DNA of 59,857 nt. It comes from Actinomycetes bacterium (GTDB taxonomy: Bacteria > Actinomycetota > Thermoleophilia > Gaiellales > JALYLC01). The notes below the pieces were generated by a model. It worked only from the letters and a program-made list of their open reading frames with translations, did not search any database and was not told where the DNA came from. The DNA lies in contig JANLRV010000085.1 in NCBI GenBank assembly GCA_031361905.1, positions 1-59,857 of the forward strand. Reading direction: 5' to 3'. Shown one piece after another: positions 37,941-47,226 of the stretch. Positions within the stretch are counted from its first letter, which is position 1; each line of letters begins with the position of its first letter. A program made the position numbers and the translations under genes.

Positions 37941-39064
37941 GCCGCCACCCCGAGCGCGTCGCGGACCGTCTGGCGCGCCTGCCGGTCTGCGGCGGTGATC
38001 TGCTCGCGCGTCGAGAGCGCGTCACCCGTAGCATCCTCGAGGGCGGTCTCGACGAGCGAGGCGATCTCGAGGAAGCGGCAGCGGCCGGCCAGGAAGGCGG
38101 CGACGGCCTCCTCGTTCGCGGCGTTCAGCACGCACGGGGCGAGGCCTCCGGCGACGCCGGCCTGGCGCGCCAGCGCGAGGCAGCGGAACGTCGCGAGATC
38201 GGGCGGCTCGAACGAGAGCGTCAACGCGGATGCGAGGTCGAGGGCGGTGGCGGCGAGCGTGGCGCGGCGAGGATGGCTGAGCGCCCAGCTGATCGGCACG
38301 CGCATGTCGGGCAGGCCGAGGTGCGCGAGCAACGCGCCGTCGCGCAGGCGAACGAGCGCGTGCACGATCGACTGCGGGTGCACGACGACCTCGATCGCGT
38401 CGTAGGGCACGTCGAACAGCCAGTGCGCCTCGATCACCTCGAGGCCCTTGTTCATCAGCGTCGCCGAGTCGACGGTGATCTTCGCGCCCATCGACCAGGT
38501 CGGGTGCTGCAGCGCGTCCTCGATCGTGACGTCCGCGAGCTCGTCGGCCGAGCGCCCGCGGAACGGCCCGCCGGATGCCGTCAAAACGAGCGAGGTCGGC
38601 TGCTCACCGGCCACGAGCTGCGCGAGCGCCGAGTGCTCGGAGTCGACGGGCAGAAGACGTGCGCCGCCCTTGATCATCGCCGCGCGGACGAGCGGTCCCC
38701 CCGCCACGAGGCTCTCCTTGTTGGCGAGCGCGACATCGATCCCCGCGTGCAACGCCGCGAGCGTGGCGTCGAGCCCGGCGACGCCGACGACGGCGTTGAG
38801 GCAGACGCCCGCGCCGCTCTCGACGACGAGGCGCTCAGGCGACTCGAGCACCGCGCCCGAGAAGCGCGCCCGCGCCGCTCGGGCCGCGGTCGGGTCGGCG
38901 AGCGCGATCTGCGGCACGCCGAGGCGCTCGGCGACCGCGATCACCTCGTCGACGGACGACGCCGCGGCGATCGCGCACAGCTCGAGATCCGGATTCTGCT
39001 CGATCACCTCGATCGCCTGTCGGCCGATCGATCCCGTCGAGCCAAGCAGGCAGACGCGCGTCAC
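37937..39064 (-). CDS. dxr: 1-deoxy-D-xylulose 5-phosphate reductoisomerase
   Basis: LLGSTGSIGRQA NADPH motif; 375 aa. Confidence 0.92.
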   Translation of the reverse strand: MTRVCLLGSTGSIGRQAIEVIEQNPDLELCAIAAASSVDEVIAVAERLGVPQIALADPTAARAARARFSGAVLESPERLVVESGAGVCLNAVVGVAGLDATLAALHAGIDVALANKESLVAGGPLVRAAMIKGGARLLPVDSEHSALAQLVAGEQPTSLVLTASGGPFRGRSADELADVTIEDALQHPTWSMGAKITVDSATLMNKGLEVIEAHWLFDVPYDAIEVVVHPQSIVHALVRLRDGALLAHLGLPDMRVPISWALSHPRRATLAATALDLASALTLSFEPPDLATFRCLALARQAGVAGGLAPCVLNAANEEAVAAFLAGRCRFLEIASLVETALEDATGDALSTREQITAADRQARQTVRDALGVAA

Positions 39065-39108
39065 TCACCTCAGGGTAGCCGAGGGTTCTGAACGACCGCT
39101 GAGAGCAA

Positions 39109-39921
39109 TCAGCCCTTGCCGAGCGCGACCACGACGGCGAGCGCCGCCGCGGCCGCGAAGAGCAGCGCGTCGATGCGGTCGAGCACGCCGCCGTGACCCG
39201 CCAGGATCGTCCCCGAGTCCTTCACGCCGAGATCGCGCTTGAGGAACGACTCGAAGAGATCGCCGAGCGGTGCCGCGAGCACCACGGCTGCGGCCACGCC
39301 GAGCGCCTCGAGCGTCGAGAATCCCTGCCGGTAGAGCGTGAACCAGCACGCCGCGGAGCCGAACACGAGCCCGACGAGGAACCCCTCGACGGTCTTGTTC
39401 GGCGAGATCGCGGGGGCCAGCCTGCGCCGGCCGATCGCCCGCCCGCCGAAGTAGGCGAAGATGTCGGACGCCCAGACGCCGAGTAGCACCCCGAGCACGA
39501 GGTTGAAGCCGAAGTGCGCAACCGCGGGGTCGGAGAGCCGCCGCAGCGCGACCAGGCTCGCCACGCCGCCGCCCACGTAGAGCGCGCAGAACACGGTCAC
39601 GGCGATCGAGCCGAGCGCCGACTCCCGCGCAGCCACGCCCGCGACCAGCAGGAACGTCAGCGGGATCAGCGCGGCGATCACGACGAGCGTCCAGCCGATC
39701 CCCCCGAGCGATGCCGCGACGACCATGCCGAGGCCGCCCGCGAAGCCGCTCAGCGGGATCGGGCGGAGCGGTCGCGCCATCCGGAAGAGCTCGTCGAGCG
39801 CGAGCGCGCAGGTCACCAGGCCGAGCGCGAGCAGCGCCGGCCCTCCCAGCCAGACCGCTGCGAGCGCGATCGGTGCGAGCAGCGCGGCGACCAGCACGCG
39901 GCTCGCGAGCTCGCGGCTCAC
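39109..39921 (-). CDS. cdsA: Phosphatidate cytidylyltransferase
   Basis: Signature SFLKRDLGVKDSGTILAGHGGVLDRIDA; multi-TM. Confidence 0.9.
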   Translation of the reverse strand: MSRELASRVLVAALLAPIALAAVWLGGPALLALGLVTCALALDELFRMARPLRPIPLSGFAGGLGMVVAASLGGIGWTLVVIAALIPLTFLLVAGVAARESALGSIAVTVFCALYVGGGVASLVALRRLSDPAVAHFGFNLVLGVLLGVWASDIFAYFGGRAIGRRRLAPAISPNKTVEGFLVGLVFGSAACWFTLYRQGFSTLEALGVAAAVVLAAPLGDLFESFLKRDLGVKDSGTILAGHGGVLDRIDALLFAAAAALAVVVALGKG

Positions 39922-40670
39922 CTGCCGCCGAACCTGCGACGGCGCCCGGCGTACTCCTCGAGCGCGGCGAGCAGCTCGGCACGCCCGAAGTCCGGCCAGA
40001 GCACGTCGGTGAAGACGTACTCGGCGTAGGCCGACTGCCAGAGCAGGAAGTTCGAGATGCGCTGCTCGCCCGAGGTGCGGATCACGAGATCCGGGTCGGG
40101 CATCTCCGGCGCTGCGAGCCGATCGGCGAGCGCCTCCTCGTCCACGTCCCCGGCCGGCACCCCGTCGCGCACGAGGGCTCGCGCCGCCTCCACGATCTCG
40201 GCGCGGCCGCCGTAGTCGAAGCAGACCCAGAGCGCGAGCCGGTCGTTCGTCGCGGTATCGGCCTCGATCTCCTCGATCATCGTGCGCAGCGCCGCGCTGC
40301 AGCGATCGCGCCGTCCCACGAAGCGCACCCGCACTCCCTGCCTCGCGAGGTCGGGGAACTCACGGCGGATCGTCTCGGCGAGCAGGTCGAGCAGGCCCGC
40401 GACCTCATCGTCGTCGCGCGCCCAGTTCTCGGTCGAGAACGCGTAGACGGCGAGCGACTCGACGCCGAGGTCGATCGCAGCCTCGACCGTGCGCCGCAGC
40501 GCGCGCGTGCCCTGGCGGTGCCCGGCGAGCACCGGCAGGTGACGCCCCCGCGCCCAGCGGCCGTTCCCGTCCATGATCACGGCGACCGCCCGGGCGACGT
40601 CCGGCAGCGCCGGCTCGACGGCCTGAGGCGCCCGCGCGAGCAGGCGGAGCCGATCGAGGATGCTCGCCAT
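39918..40670 (-). CDS. uppS: Isoprenyl transferase (undecaprenyl diphosphate synthase family)
   Basis: VIMDGNGRWA and IRTSGEQRISNFLLWQ motifs. Confidence 0.92.
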   Translation of the reverse strand: MASILDRLRLLARAPQAVEPALPDVARAVAVIMDGNGRWARGRHLPVLAGHRQGTRALRRTVEAAIDLGVESLAVYAFSTENWARDDDEVAGLLDLLAETIRREFPDLARQGVRVRFVGRRDRCSAALRTMIEEIEADTATNDRLALWVCFDYGGRAEIVEAARALVRDGVPAGDVDEEALADRLAAPEMPDPDLVIRTSGEQRISNFLLWQSAYAEYVFTDVLWPDFGRAELLAALEEYAGRRRRFGGR

Positions 40671-40691
40671 GGCCGGCCTCGACCCGCCCCG

Positions 40692-41249
40692 TCAGACGGC
40701 GAGGATGTCCTGTTCCTTGGCCTTCAGGAGCTCGTCGATCCGATGCACGTGCTCGTCGGTCAGCTTCTGCGTGCGATCCTCGGCCCGGTGCACGTCATCC
40801 GCGGCGGCATCGCCGTTGCGATCGAGCTCCTTGAGGTGGTGCACGACGTCGCGGCGGATGTTGCGGACCGCGACGCGGCCGTCCTCGGCGATCGACTTGG
40901 CGACCTTGACGAGGTCCTTGCGCCGCTCCTCCGTCAGCTGCGGGATCGGCAGCCGGATCAGCTGGCCGTCATTCGCCGGCGTGAGGCCGAGGTCCGACTC
41001 CTGGATCGCTCGCTCGATCTCCTTCAGCGCGCCCTTGTCGTAGGGCGTGATCGTGAGCATGCGCGCATCGGGCACGCCGATCTGCGCGAGCTGGTTGAGC
41101 GGGGTCTTCGTGCCGTAGTAGTCGACCTGGATGCGGTCGAGCAGCGAGGTCGAGGCGCGACCCGTGCGCACGGAGCCGAGCTCGGCGTGCGTCGACTCGA
41201 CGCTCTTCGCCATCCGCGCCTTCGCATCGTTGAGAAGCTCGTCAACCAT
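40692..41249 (-). CDS. frr: Ribosome recycling factor
   Basis: 185 aa; typical Frr sequence (VRTGRAS..LLD.I.VDYYG). Confidence 0.93.
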   Translation of the reverse strand: MVDELLNDAKARMAKSVESTHAELGSVRTGRASTSLLDRIQVDYYGTKTPLNQLAQIGVPDARMLTITPYDKGALKEIERAIQESDLGLTPANDGQLIRLPIPQLTEERRKDLVKVAKSIAEDGRVAVRNIRRDVVHHLKELDRNGDAAADDVHRAEDRTQKLTDEHVHRIDELLKAKEQDILAV

Positions 41250-42007
41250 CAGTTCGCCCCTTTCGCCACGCGGCGGTTCGTCGCGACGACCGTCCCGACC
41301 GACTCGCCCCGGACCACCCGTCCGATATTACGCTCGTCGTCGAGGTTGAACACGTAGATCGGGAGGTCGTTCTCCATGCACAGCGAGAGCGCCGTCGCGT
41401 CCATCACCTTGAGCTGCCGCTCGAGCGCCTCGAGGTGCGTGACCTCGCGCAGGAAGCGCGCGTCGGCGTTCGTCTTCGGATCGTCGTCGTAGACGCCGTC
41501 GACGCCGTTCTTGGCCATCAAGAGCGCCTCCGCGCCGATCTCGCACGCGCGCAGCGCCGCGGCCGTGTCGGTCGTGAAGAACGGGTTCCCGGTGCCTGCC
41601 GCGAAGATCACGATGCGGCGCTTCTCGAGGTGCCGGATCGCCCGCCGGCGGATGTAGGGCTCGGCGATCTCCTGCACGCTGAGCGCGCTCTGCACCCGCG
41701 TGTAGATGTTCAGCCGCTCCAGCGCATCCTGCATCGCGAGCGCGTTCAGGACCGTGGCGAGCATGCCGCCGTAGTCGGCGGTCGCCCGGTCCATCCCCTG
41801 CGTCGTCGCGCCACGCCAGATGTTGCCCGCGCCGATCACGATCCCGATCTCGACGCCGGACTCGTGGATGCGCCCGACCTCCGCCGCGATCTGCCCGATG
41901 CGCACGGGGTCCTGGCCGAACTCGAGGTCGCCCATCAGGGCCTCGCCCGAGAGCTTCAGCATGATCCGCCGGAACGGGCCGGGCGGTGGTCCCTGCTCGT
42001 CCGGCAC
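41249..42007 (-). CDS. pyrH: UMP kinase
   Basis: [12 protein letters not shown] motif. GTG 42007 chosen because tsf ends at 42016. Confidence 0.9.
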   Translation of the reverse strand: MPDEQGPPPGPFRRIMLKLSGEALMGDLEFGQDPVRIGQIAAEVGRIHESGVEIGIVIGAGNIWRGATTQGMDRATADYGGMLATVLNALAMQDALERLNIYTRVQSALSVQEIAEPYIRRRAIRHLEKRRIVIFAAGTGNPFFTTDTAAALRACEIGAEALLMAKNGVDGVYDDDPKTNADARFLREVTHLEALERQLKVMDATALSLCMENDLPIYVFNLDDERNIGRVVRGESVGTVVATNRRVAKGAN

Positions 42008-42015
42008 GGCCGGGC

Positions 42016-42609
42016 CTAGGCCCCGCGCTCGAAGCGCGCGAAGCGCTTGATCTGCACGTTCTCGCCGGTCTTCGCCGAGAGCGCGGCGCGCATCTGCTCG
42101 ATCGTCTGGTCGCCGTCGCGCACCGACGCCTGGTCGAGCAGCACGACGCCCTCGTACCACTTGGCGAGCTTGCCCTGCGCGATCTTCTCGCGCACCTGCT
42201 CGGGACGGTCGGCCGCCTGGGCCACGTAGATCTCGAGCTCGGCTGCGACGAGCTCGGCCGGCACCTCGTCGCGGCTGACGTAGCGCGTGTCGGGCAACGC
42301 GGCGATCTGCAGCGCGATCTCCTGCGCGAACGCCTTGAACTCATCCGTGCCGGCGACGAAGTCGGTCTCGCAGCCGACCTCGACGAGCACGCCGACGCGG
42401 TTTCCGTGAATGTAGGAGGCGAGCACGCCCTCGGTCGTCTCGCGGTCCGCCCGCTTGGCGGACTTCGTGATCCCGCGCTCGCGCAGCAGCTTGAGGGCGG
42501 CGTCGATCTTGCCCTCCGTCTCCTTGAGGACGGCCTTGCACTCCATGATGCCGGCGCCCGTGATCCCACGCAGCTCCTTGACCTCGGCTGCGGACGGCTC
42601 ATAACTCAT
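42016..42609 (-). CDS. tsf: Translation elongation factor Ts (short form)
   Basis: [15 protein letters not shown]-like N-terminus; 197 aa. Confidence 0.9.
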   Translation of the reverse strand: MSYEPSAAEVKELRGITGAGIMECKAVLKETEGKIDAALKLLRERGITKSAKRADRETTEGVLASYIHGNRVGVLVEVGCETDFVAGTDEFKAFAQEIALQIAALPDTRYVSRDEVPAELVAAELEIYVAQAADRPEQVREKIAQGKLAKWYEGVVLLDQASVRDGDQTIEQMRAALSAKTGENVQIKRFARFERGA

Positions 42610-42658
42610 GCGGAATTCCTCGTCGATCGGTGATGTCTACGGTGCGAGCCGGCCCGGC

Positions 42659-43711
42659 TCACGCCTCGGCCGGCGCCGGAGTCGCCTCGGGCTCGGCCTC
42701 GGGGACGGAGACCTCGGGCTCCGGGGCCGGAGTCGCCTCGGGCTCGGGGGCGGCGGCCTCGGCGACCGGCTCGGGGGCCGGCGCTTCCGGCGCTGGTGCC
42801 GGGGCCGCGGGCTCGACGGCCGGTGCCGGCGGTGCGGTTGGTGCCGGTGCGGCGACACGCGGAGCGGGCGCAGCAGGGGGAGCGGGCGCAGCAGCCGGAG
42901 CGGCCGTCGTCCCCGCTGCCTCGGCTGCAGCAGCCTCGGCGGCGGCCGCGGCGGCGGCTTCCTCGGCGGCCCGCGCCTCGGCCTCGGCGCGGGCCTTCGC
43001 GGCGAGCTCCTCCTCGGCCTTTCGGAAGAGGTTGCGGCCGGCGTCGATGCCGTTCGCCAGGCAGCCCATGATCGCCGCGCACGACTTGATCGCGTCGTCG
43101 TTCCCCGGGATCACAAAGTCGGCGTCGTCGGGATCGCAGTTCGTGTCGACGAGGCCGATCACGGGGATCCCGCAGCGGCGCGCCTCGCGCACGGCGAGCG
43201 CTTCCTTGTTCATGTCGACGACCACGACCGCGTCGGGCAGCTTGCGCATCATCGCGACGCCGCCGAGGTTCGTCTCGAGCTTCTCGAGCTCGCGCAGGAT
43301 GCGGATGCGCTCCTTGCTCGGCAGCAGCTCGAGCTGGCTCTCATCGCGCAGCCGGCGCAGCTCGTGGAGGTGCTCGATCCGAGCCTGCATGGTGCGGTAG
43401 TTCGTGAGTAGCCCTCCGAGCCAGCGATGGCTGACGAACGGCATGCCGACACGCGAGGCCTCGGCCTCGATCGCCTCGCGGGTCTGCTTCTTCGTGCCGA
43501 CGAAGAGCACGGTCCCGCCACGCTCGGCCAGGTTGTGCACGAAGTGATGCGCCTGCTCGACCAGCACGATCGTCTGCTGCAGGTCGATGATGTAGATGCC
43601 GGCGCGTTCCGCGAAGATGAAGCGACGCATCTTCGGGTTCCAGCGCCGGGTCTGGTGGCCGAAGTGAACTCCGGCCTCCAGCAGCTCGCGCATCGAGATG
43701 GGAGCAGCCAC
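42659..43711 (-). CDS. rpsB: 30S ribosomal protein S2 with a ~110-aa Ala/Pro/Glu-rich C-terminal tail
   Basis: GVHFGHQTRRWNPKM N-terminus. The tail is AAAAAAAEAAAAEAAG...PEPEATPAPEPEVSVPEAEPEATPAPAEA. GAGAGG RBS lies upstream of GTG 43711. Confidence 0.92.
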   Translation of the reverse strand: MAAPISMRELLEAGVHFGHQTRRWNPKMRRFIFAERAGIYIIDLQQTIVLVEQAHHFVHNLAERGGTVLFVGTKKQTREAIEAEASRVGMPFVSHRWLGGLLTNYRTMQARIEHLHELRRLRDESQLELLPSKERIRILRELEKLETNLGGVAMMRKLPDAVVVVDMNKEALAVREARRCGIPVIGLVDTNCDPDDADFVIPGNDDAIKSCAAIMGCLANGIDAGRNLFRKAEEELAAKARAEAEARAAEEAAAAAAAEAAAAEAAGTTAAPAAAPAPPAAPAPRVAAPAPTAPPAPAVEPAAPAPAPEAPAPEPVAEAAAPEPEATPAPEPEVSVPEAEPEATPAPAEA

Positions 43712-43877
43712 GTATGTACCTCTCGCATGGTGGTTGGACGTGCGGGCCGGCGAGAGGCCCGGCGGAACCGAGCGATGTCGGCACCACCGCCGAGCGTTTG
43801 AGGCTCACCGGGGAGAAGGGATCGATCGCGGCGGAGTGCCGCAGGGAGAATCCTAGCCGAGCACGACTCCGGGCGGG

Positions 43878-44786
43878 TCAGAGCGCGCGTGCGAGCACGA
43901 GCGCGGCCGCCAGGTCGTCCGGGAGCGCCGACGTGAAGCGCATCGGCTCGCCGCTCGCCGGATGCTCGAACGCGAGCTCGGCGGCGTGCAGGAACTGCCG
44001 CTGCAGCCCGAGGTGCCGTGCCGCGATCCCGTACGTCGGATCGCCCATCACGCCGTGGCCGATGGCGGCCAGGTGCACGCGGATCTGGTGTGTCCGCCCG
44101 GTCTCGAGACGCACGCGGAGCAGCGTCGTCGTCGGCAGCGCCTCCTCCAGCTCGAAGTGCGTGACCGCGGGGCGGGAGTGGCGGCCATCGACGGCCATGC
44201 GGCCGATGTCCGAGAGATCCCGTCCGATCGGTGCCTCGATGGTCCCGGTACGCGACGGCGGGCGGCCGTGCGCGAGGGCGAGGTAGCGGCGCTCGATCTC
44301 GCGGCGCGCGAGCGCGGCGACGAGCGCCTGGTGGGTCTCGTCGTCGCGCGCGACGACGAGCAGTCCCGTGGTGTCGCGGTCGAGGCGATGGACGATGCCG
44401 GGCCGGTCGGCATCGCCGCCGCCGGCGATGCCCCGTGCGGCGAGCGCGGCCACGAGCGTCGGCCCGGTCACGCCGGGACCCGCATGGGTCACGACGGCTG
44501 CGGGCTTGTCGACGACGAGCAGGTGATCGTCGGCGTAGACGACTGGCACATCGATCACCGCGGCTTCGGGGCGCGGCGCCGTCGCGTCCGGCTCGATCAC
44601 GATCAGCTCGCCGCCGACGAGGCGGAGCGACTTGCTCGCGCGGGTGCCGTCGACGGAGACCCGTCCGGCCGAGATCGCGCGCTCGGCGGCCGAGCGCGTC
44701 CCGGCGACCGTCGCGATGAAGCGATCGAGGCGCTCGCCAGCGGCCTCGGGCGGCACGGTGATCCGCTCAGCGCTCATGCTCGCCAA
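43878..44786 (-). CDS. rluD: RluA/RluD family pseudouridine synthase
   Basis: S4 N-terminus and catalytic HRLDRDTTGLLVVA. Confidence 0.88.
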   Translation of the reverse strand: MASMSAERITVPPEAAGERLDRFIATVAGTRSAAERAISAGRVSVDGTRASKSLRLVGGELIVIEPDATAPRPEAAVIDVPVVYADDHLLVVDKPAAVVTHAGPGVTGPTLVAALAARGIAGGGDADRPGIVHRLDRDTTGLLVVARDDETHQALVAALARREIERRYLALAHGRPPSRTGTIEAPIGRDLSDIGRMAVDGRHSRPAVTHFELEEALPTTTLLRVRLETGRTHQIRVHLAAIGHGVMGDPTYGIAARHLGLQRQFLHAAELAFEHPASGEPMRFTSALPDDLAAALVLARAL

Positions 44787-45306
44787 GCGCGAGCGCGCCG
44801 ATCATCACCCCCACGCCCGTCACGATGAAGGTGTCCGCCAGATTGAAGTTCGGGCCGTAGCCGAGGTAGATGAAGTCGGTCACGAAGCCGTTCGCCGCGC
44901 GATCGTAGAGGTTCGAGAGGGTGCCGCCGAGGAGCAGGCCGATCGCGACGGGGATCAGAGGGTGCCGCGCCCCCGAGCGCGCGAAGAACGAGAGCATCCA
45001 GATCACGGCGATCATCGTCAGCACGACCACCACGACGAGCTTGTTCGTGTACAGCCCGAAGGCGATGCCGGTGTTGCGGGAGTGCCAGAACTCGAGCGAC
45101 CAGATCACCGGGCGCGACTCGTTGACCGCGAGCCGGTCGATCACCGCCGCCTTCGTGAGCTGGTCTCCGAGCACGGCTGCGATCGCGAGCGCGACGAGCC
45201 CGGTCCAGCCGACCGGGCCGGGCCGCGCGTCGGCACGCAGCGGACGTGGGCGCGGCGCCGTGCCGGCCTCCGCGGTGAGACGGCGCAGGAGCATCTGCTC
45301 AGGCAC
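44767..45306 (-). CDS. lspA: Signal peptidase II (lipoprotein signal peptidase)
   Basis: NTGIAFGL and FNLADTFI motifs; 4 TM segments. Confidence 0.88.
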   Translation of the reverse strand: MPEQMLLRRLTAEAGTAPRPRPLRADARPGPVGWTGLVALAIAAVLGDQLTKAAVIDRLAVNESRPVIWSLEFWHSRNTGIAFGLYTNKLVVVVVLTMIAVIWMLSFFARSGARHPLIPVAIGLLLGGTLSNLYDRAANGFVTDFIYLGYGPNFNLADTFIVTGVGVMIGALALGEHER

Positions 45307-45595
45307 CGGGGCGCAGCGAGCCGAGCACGTTCGCGAGCACGCTTCCGGCGATCTGCAGGCTGATGATCGCGAGCATCGGCGAGAAGTCGAACATCCCTGC
45401 GCGCGGCAGAAGCCGCCGGAAGAGGCCGACGAACGGCTGCACGGTGTCCTCCAGGAACGTCCGCGAGATCGCGGTGAAGCGGTTGTATGGCAGGCGGAAG
45501 TACGAGAGCACGATCCACGCGATGATCAGCAGCGTGTAGACGTTCAGCGCGTAGCTGAGCCAGGTCTGGAGGAAGTCGACGGTCGAGTTGCTCAT
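45299..45595 (-). CDS. yggT: YggT family membrane protein
   Basis: 98 aa; two TM segments with FVGLFRRLLP..FDFSPMLAII. ATG 45595 overlaps the proC stop. Confidence 0.8.
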   Translation of the reverse strand: MSNSTVDFLQTWLSYALNVYTLLIIAWIVLSYFRLPYNRFTAISRTFLEDTVQPFVGLFRRLLPRAGMFDFSPMLAIISLQIAGSVLANVLGSLRPGA

Positions 45596-46401
45596 CCGAG
45601 GTCGGCCGCCCTGTTCCTGGCTGCGATCACGCCGTCGATGATGCCTCCGCGCACCGATGAGCGCTCCATCTGCGCGAGGCCGGCCGCGGCCGTTCCCCCG
45701 GGTGACGTGACCATGCGGCGGAGCTGGGAGCACGAGATCCCGGTCTCGTCGAGCAGGCGGGCCGTGCCGATCATGGTCGAGAGGATCAGCTCGCGGGCGG
45801 CGGTGGCGGAGAGGCCGACCGTGATGCCGGCGTCCTCGAACGCCTCGACGATCAGTCCGAGGAACGCAGGCCCGGAACCAGCCAGCGCCGTCGCCGCGTC
45901 GAACAGCTTCTCCTCGAGCGGCACGACCGAGCCGAGCAGCGCGAGCCACTCGAGCACGACGTCCTCGGCCGGCGTGCCCTGGAAGGAGCCGCGCGCGAAG
46001 CAGACCGTCCCGGCGCAGACACGCACGCCGACGTTCGGCATGCAACGGAAGACGGGCACGCGCTCATCGACGACGTTCTCCATCGTGGTCGTTGCAATGC
46101 CGGCGGCGATCGAGAGCACCGGTCGAGCCGGGGTGAGCGAGTCGGAGAGCTCGCGGAGCACTCGCTCGACGTCGACGGGCTTGACCCCGATCATCAGCAC
46201 GTCAGATCGCTGCACGAGCTCGCTGTTCGAGTCGGCGTGCGTCAGCCCGAGCCGCTCTGCGAGCTCCGCCGCGCGCCCGGAGCCGCGATCGGTGACGACG
46301 ATGCGGGTGGCGCGCTCTGGCTCGGCACGCACCCAGCCCTCGACCATCGCCCCGGCCATGTTGCCGGCGCCGATCACTCCGAGAACGGTGCTTCCTGCCA
46401 T
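45592..46401 (-). CDS. proC: Pyrroline-5-carboxylate reductase
   Basis: VIGAGNMAGAMVEGW NADP motif and the C-terminal VTSPGGTAAAGL block. Confidence 0.9.
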   Translation of the reverse strand: MAGSTVLGVIGAGNMAGAMVEGWVRAEPERATRIVVTDRGSGRAAELAERLGLTHADSNSELVQRSDVLMIGVKPVDVERVLRELSDSLTPARPVLSIAAGIATTTMENVVDERVPVFRCMPNVGVRVCAGTVCFARGSFQGTPAEDVVLEWLALLGSVVPLEEKLFDAATALAGSGPAFLGLIVEAFEDAGITVGLSATAARELILSTMIGTARLLDETGISCSQLRRMVTSPGGTAAAGLAQMERSSVRGGIIDGVIAARNRAADLG

Positions 46402-46421
46402 CTACCGGATGGTAGTGGCGA

Positions 46422-46455
46422 GTGAATAGCCCGGGGTCAGGCCCCGGGTATTCAC
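46422..46455. repeat. Hairpin repeat, copy 3 (1-nt deletion in the 3' arm)
   Basis: GTGAATAGCCCGGGG-TCAGG-CCCCGGGTATTCAC. Confidence 0.9.
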
Positions 46456-46473
46456 GCCGTGACATTTCACACG

Positions 46474-46508
46474 GTGAATAGCCCGGGGCCTGACCCCGGG
46501 CTATTCAC
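46474..46508. repeat. Hairpin repeat, copy 4 (loop inverted), abutting the TAG stop at 46501-46503
   Basis: GTGAATAGCCCGGGG-CCTGA-CCCCGGGCTATTCAC. Head-to-head with copy 3 across an 18-nt spacer. Confidence 0.9.
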
Positions 46509-47226
46509 GGCCCGCGTAGACCGCCGCCGCCGCGACGAGCGCCGCAAACAGCGGCGCGCCCGTTCCGAGCGCCGCCTCCTCCGGATGCCAGAGCACGCCG
46601 AGGCAGAAGCCGGCCTGCGGATCCTCGAGCGCCTCGATCGTGCCGTCCTCGGAGCGCGCGCTCACCACGAGTCCCTCCCCGACCTCGCGGACGACCTGGT
46701 GGTGGTGCGAGTGGATCTCCGAGATCTCGCCTCCGACGATCGCGGCGAGGGCCGTGCCCGGCGAGACGACGACGTGGTGCCGTCCGAACGTGCCGAGCCG
46801 GGGCCGGTGCGTGGCGAGCTCGAGGTCGGGAAGGTGCTGCTGCAGCGTCCCGCCCCGCACCACGTTGAGGAGCTGCATGCCGCGGCAGATGCCGAGCACG
46901 GGCATCTGCCGATCGAGCGCAGCGCGCACGAGGGCGAGCTCGGACGCGTCGCGCAGCTCGTTCGGCGCGTCGGCCGTCTCGTGCGGGGAATCGCCGTAGA
47001 GGCGCGCATCCAGATCCGGGCCACCCGTCAGCACCAGGCCGTGCAGGACGTCGACGAGCTCGCTCGCGTGCGCGGCGCTGACGCCCGTCGGCGGCAGCAG
47101 CAGGGGGATCCCGCCGGCGGCCTCGACGCCGTCGACGTATCCCTGCGGGATCACCGTCGCGGGCATCTCCCAGTGCGCCCAGCTGGCGCGGGTGCGGTAG
47201 GCGCAGATTCCGACGCGCGGCGTCAC
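46501..47226 (-). CDS. Gamma-glutamyl-amine hydrolase, PuuD/peptidase C26 type (class I glutamine amidotransferase-like)
   Basis: Nucleophile elbow GICRGMQLLN and LGVLWHPEE. GTG 47226 overlaps the GS-like stop (GTGA). Confidence 0.8.
   Translation of the reverse strand: MTPRVGICAYRTRASWAHWEMPATVIPQGYVDGVEAAGGIPLLLPPTGVSAAHASELVDVLHGLVLTGGPDLDARLYGDSPHETADAPNELRDASELALVRAALDRQMPVLGICRGMQLLNVVRGGTLQQHLPDLELATHRPRLGTFGRHHVVVSPGTALAAIVGGEISEIHSHHHQVVREVGEGLVVSARSEDGTIEALEDPQAGFCLGVLWHPEEAALGTGAPLFAALVAAAAVYAGRE

Noticed and set aside
42630-43400. 256-aa Ala/Gly/Ser-rich plus-strand ORF
   Set aside because: It is the antisense reading of the rpsB low-complexity tail and core, with no independent coding signal.
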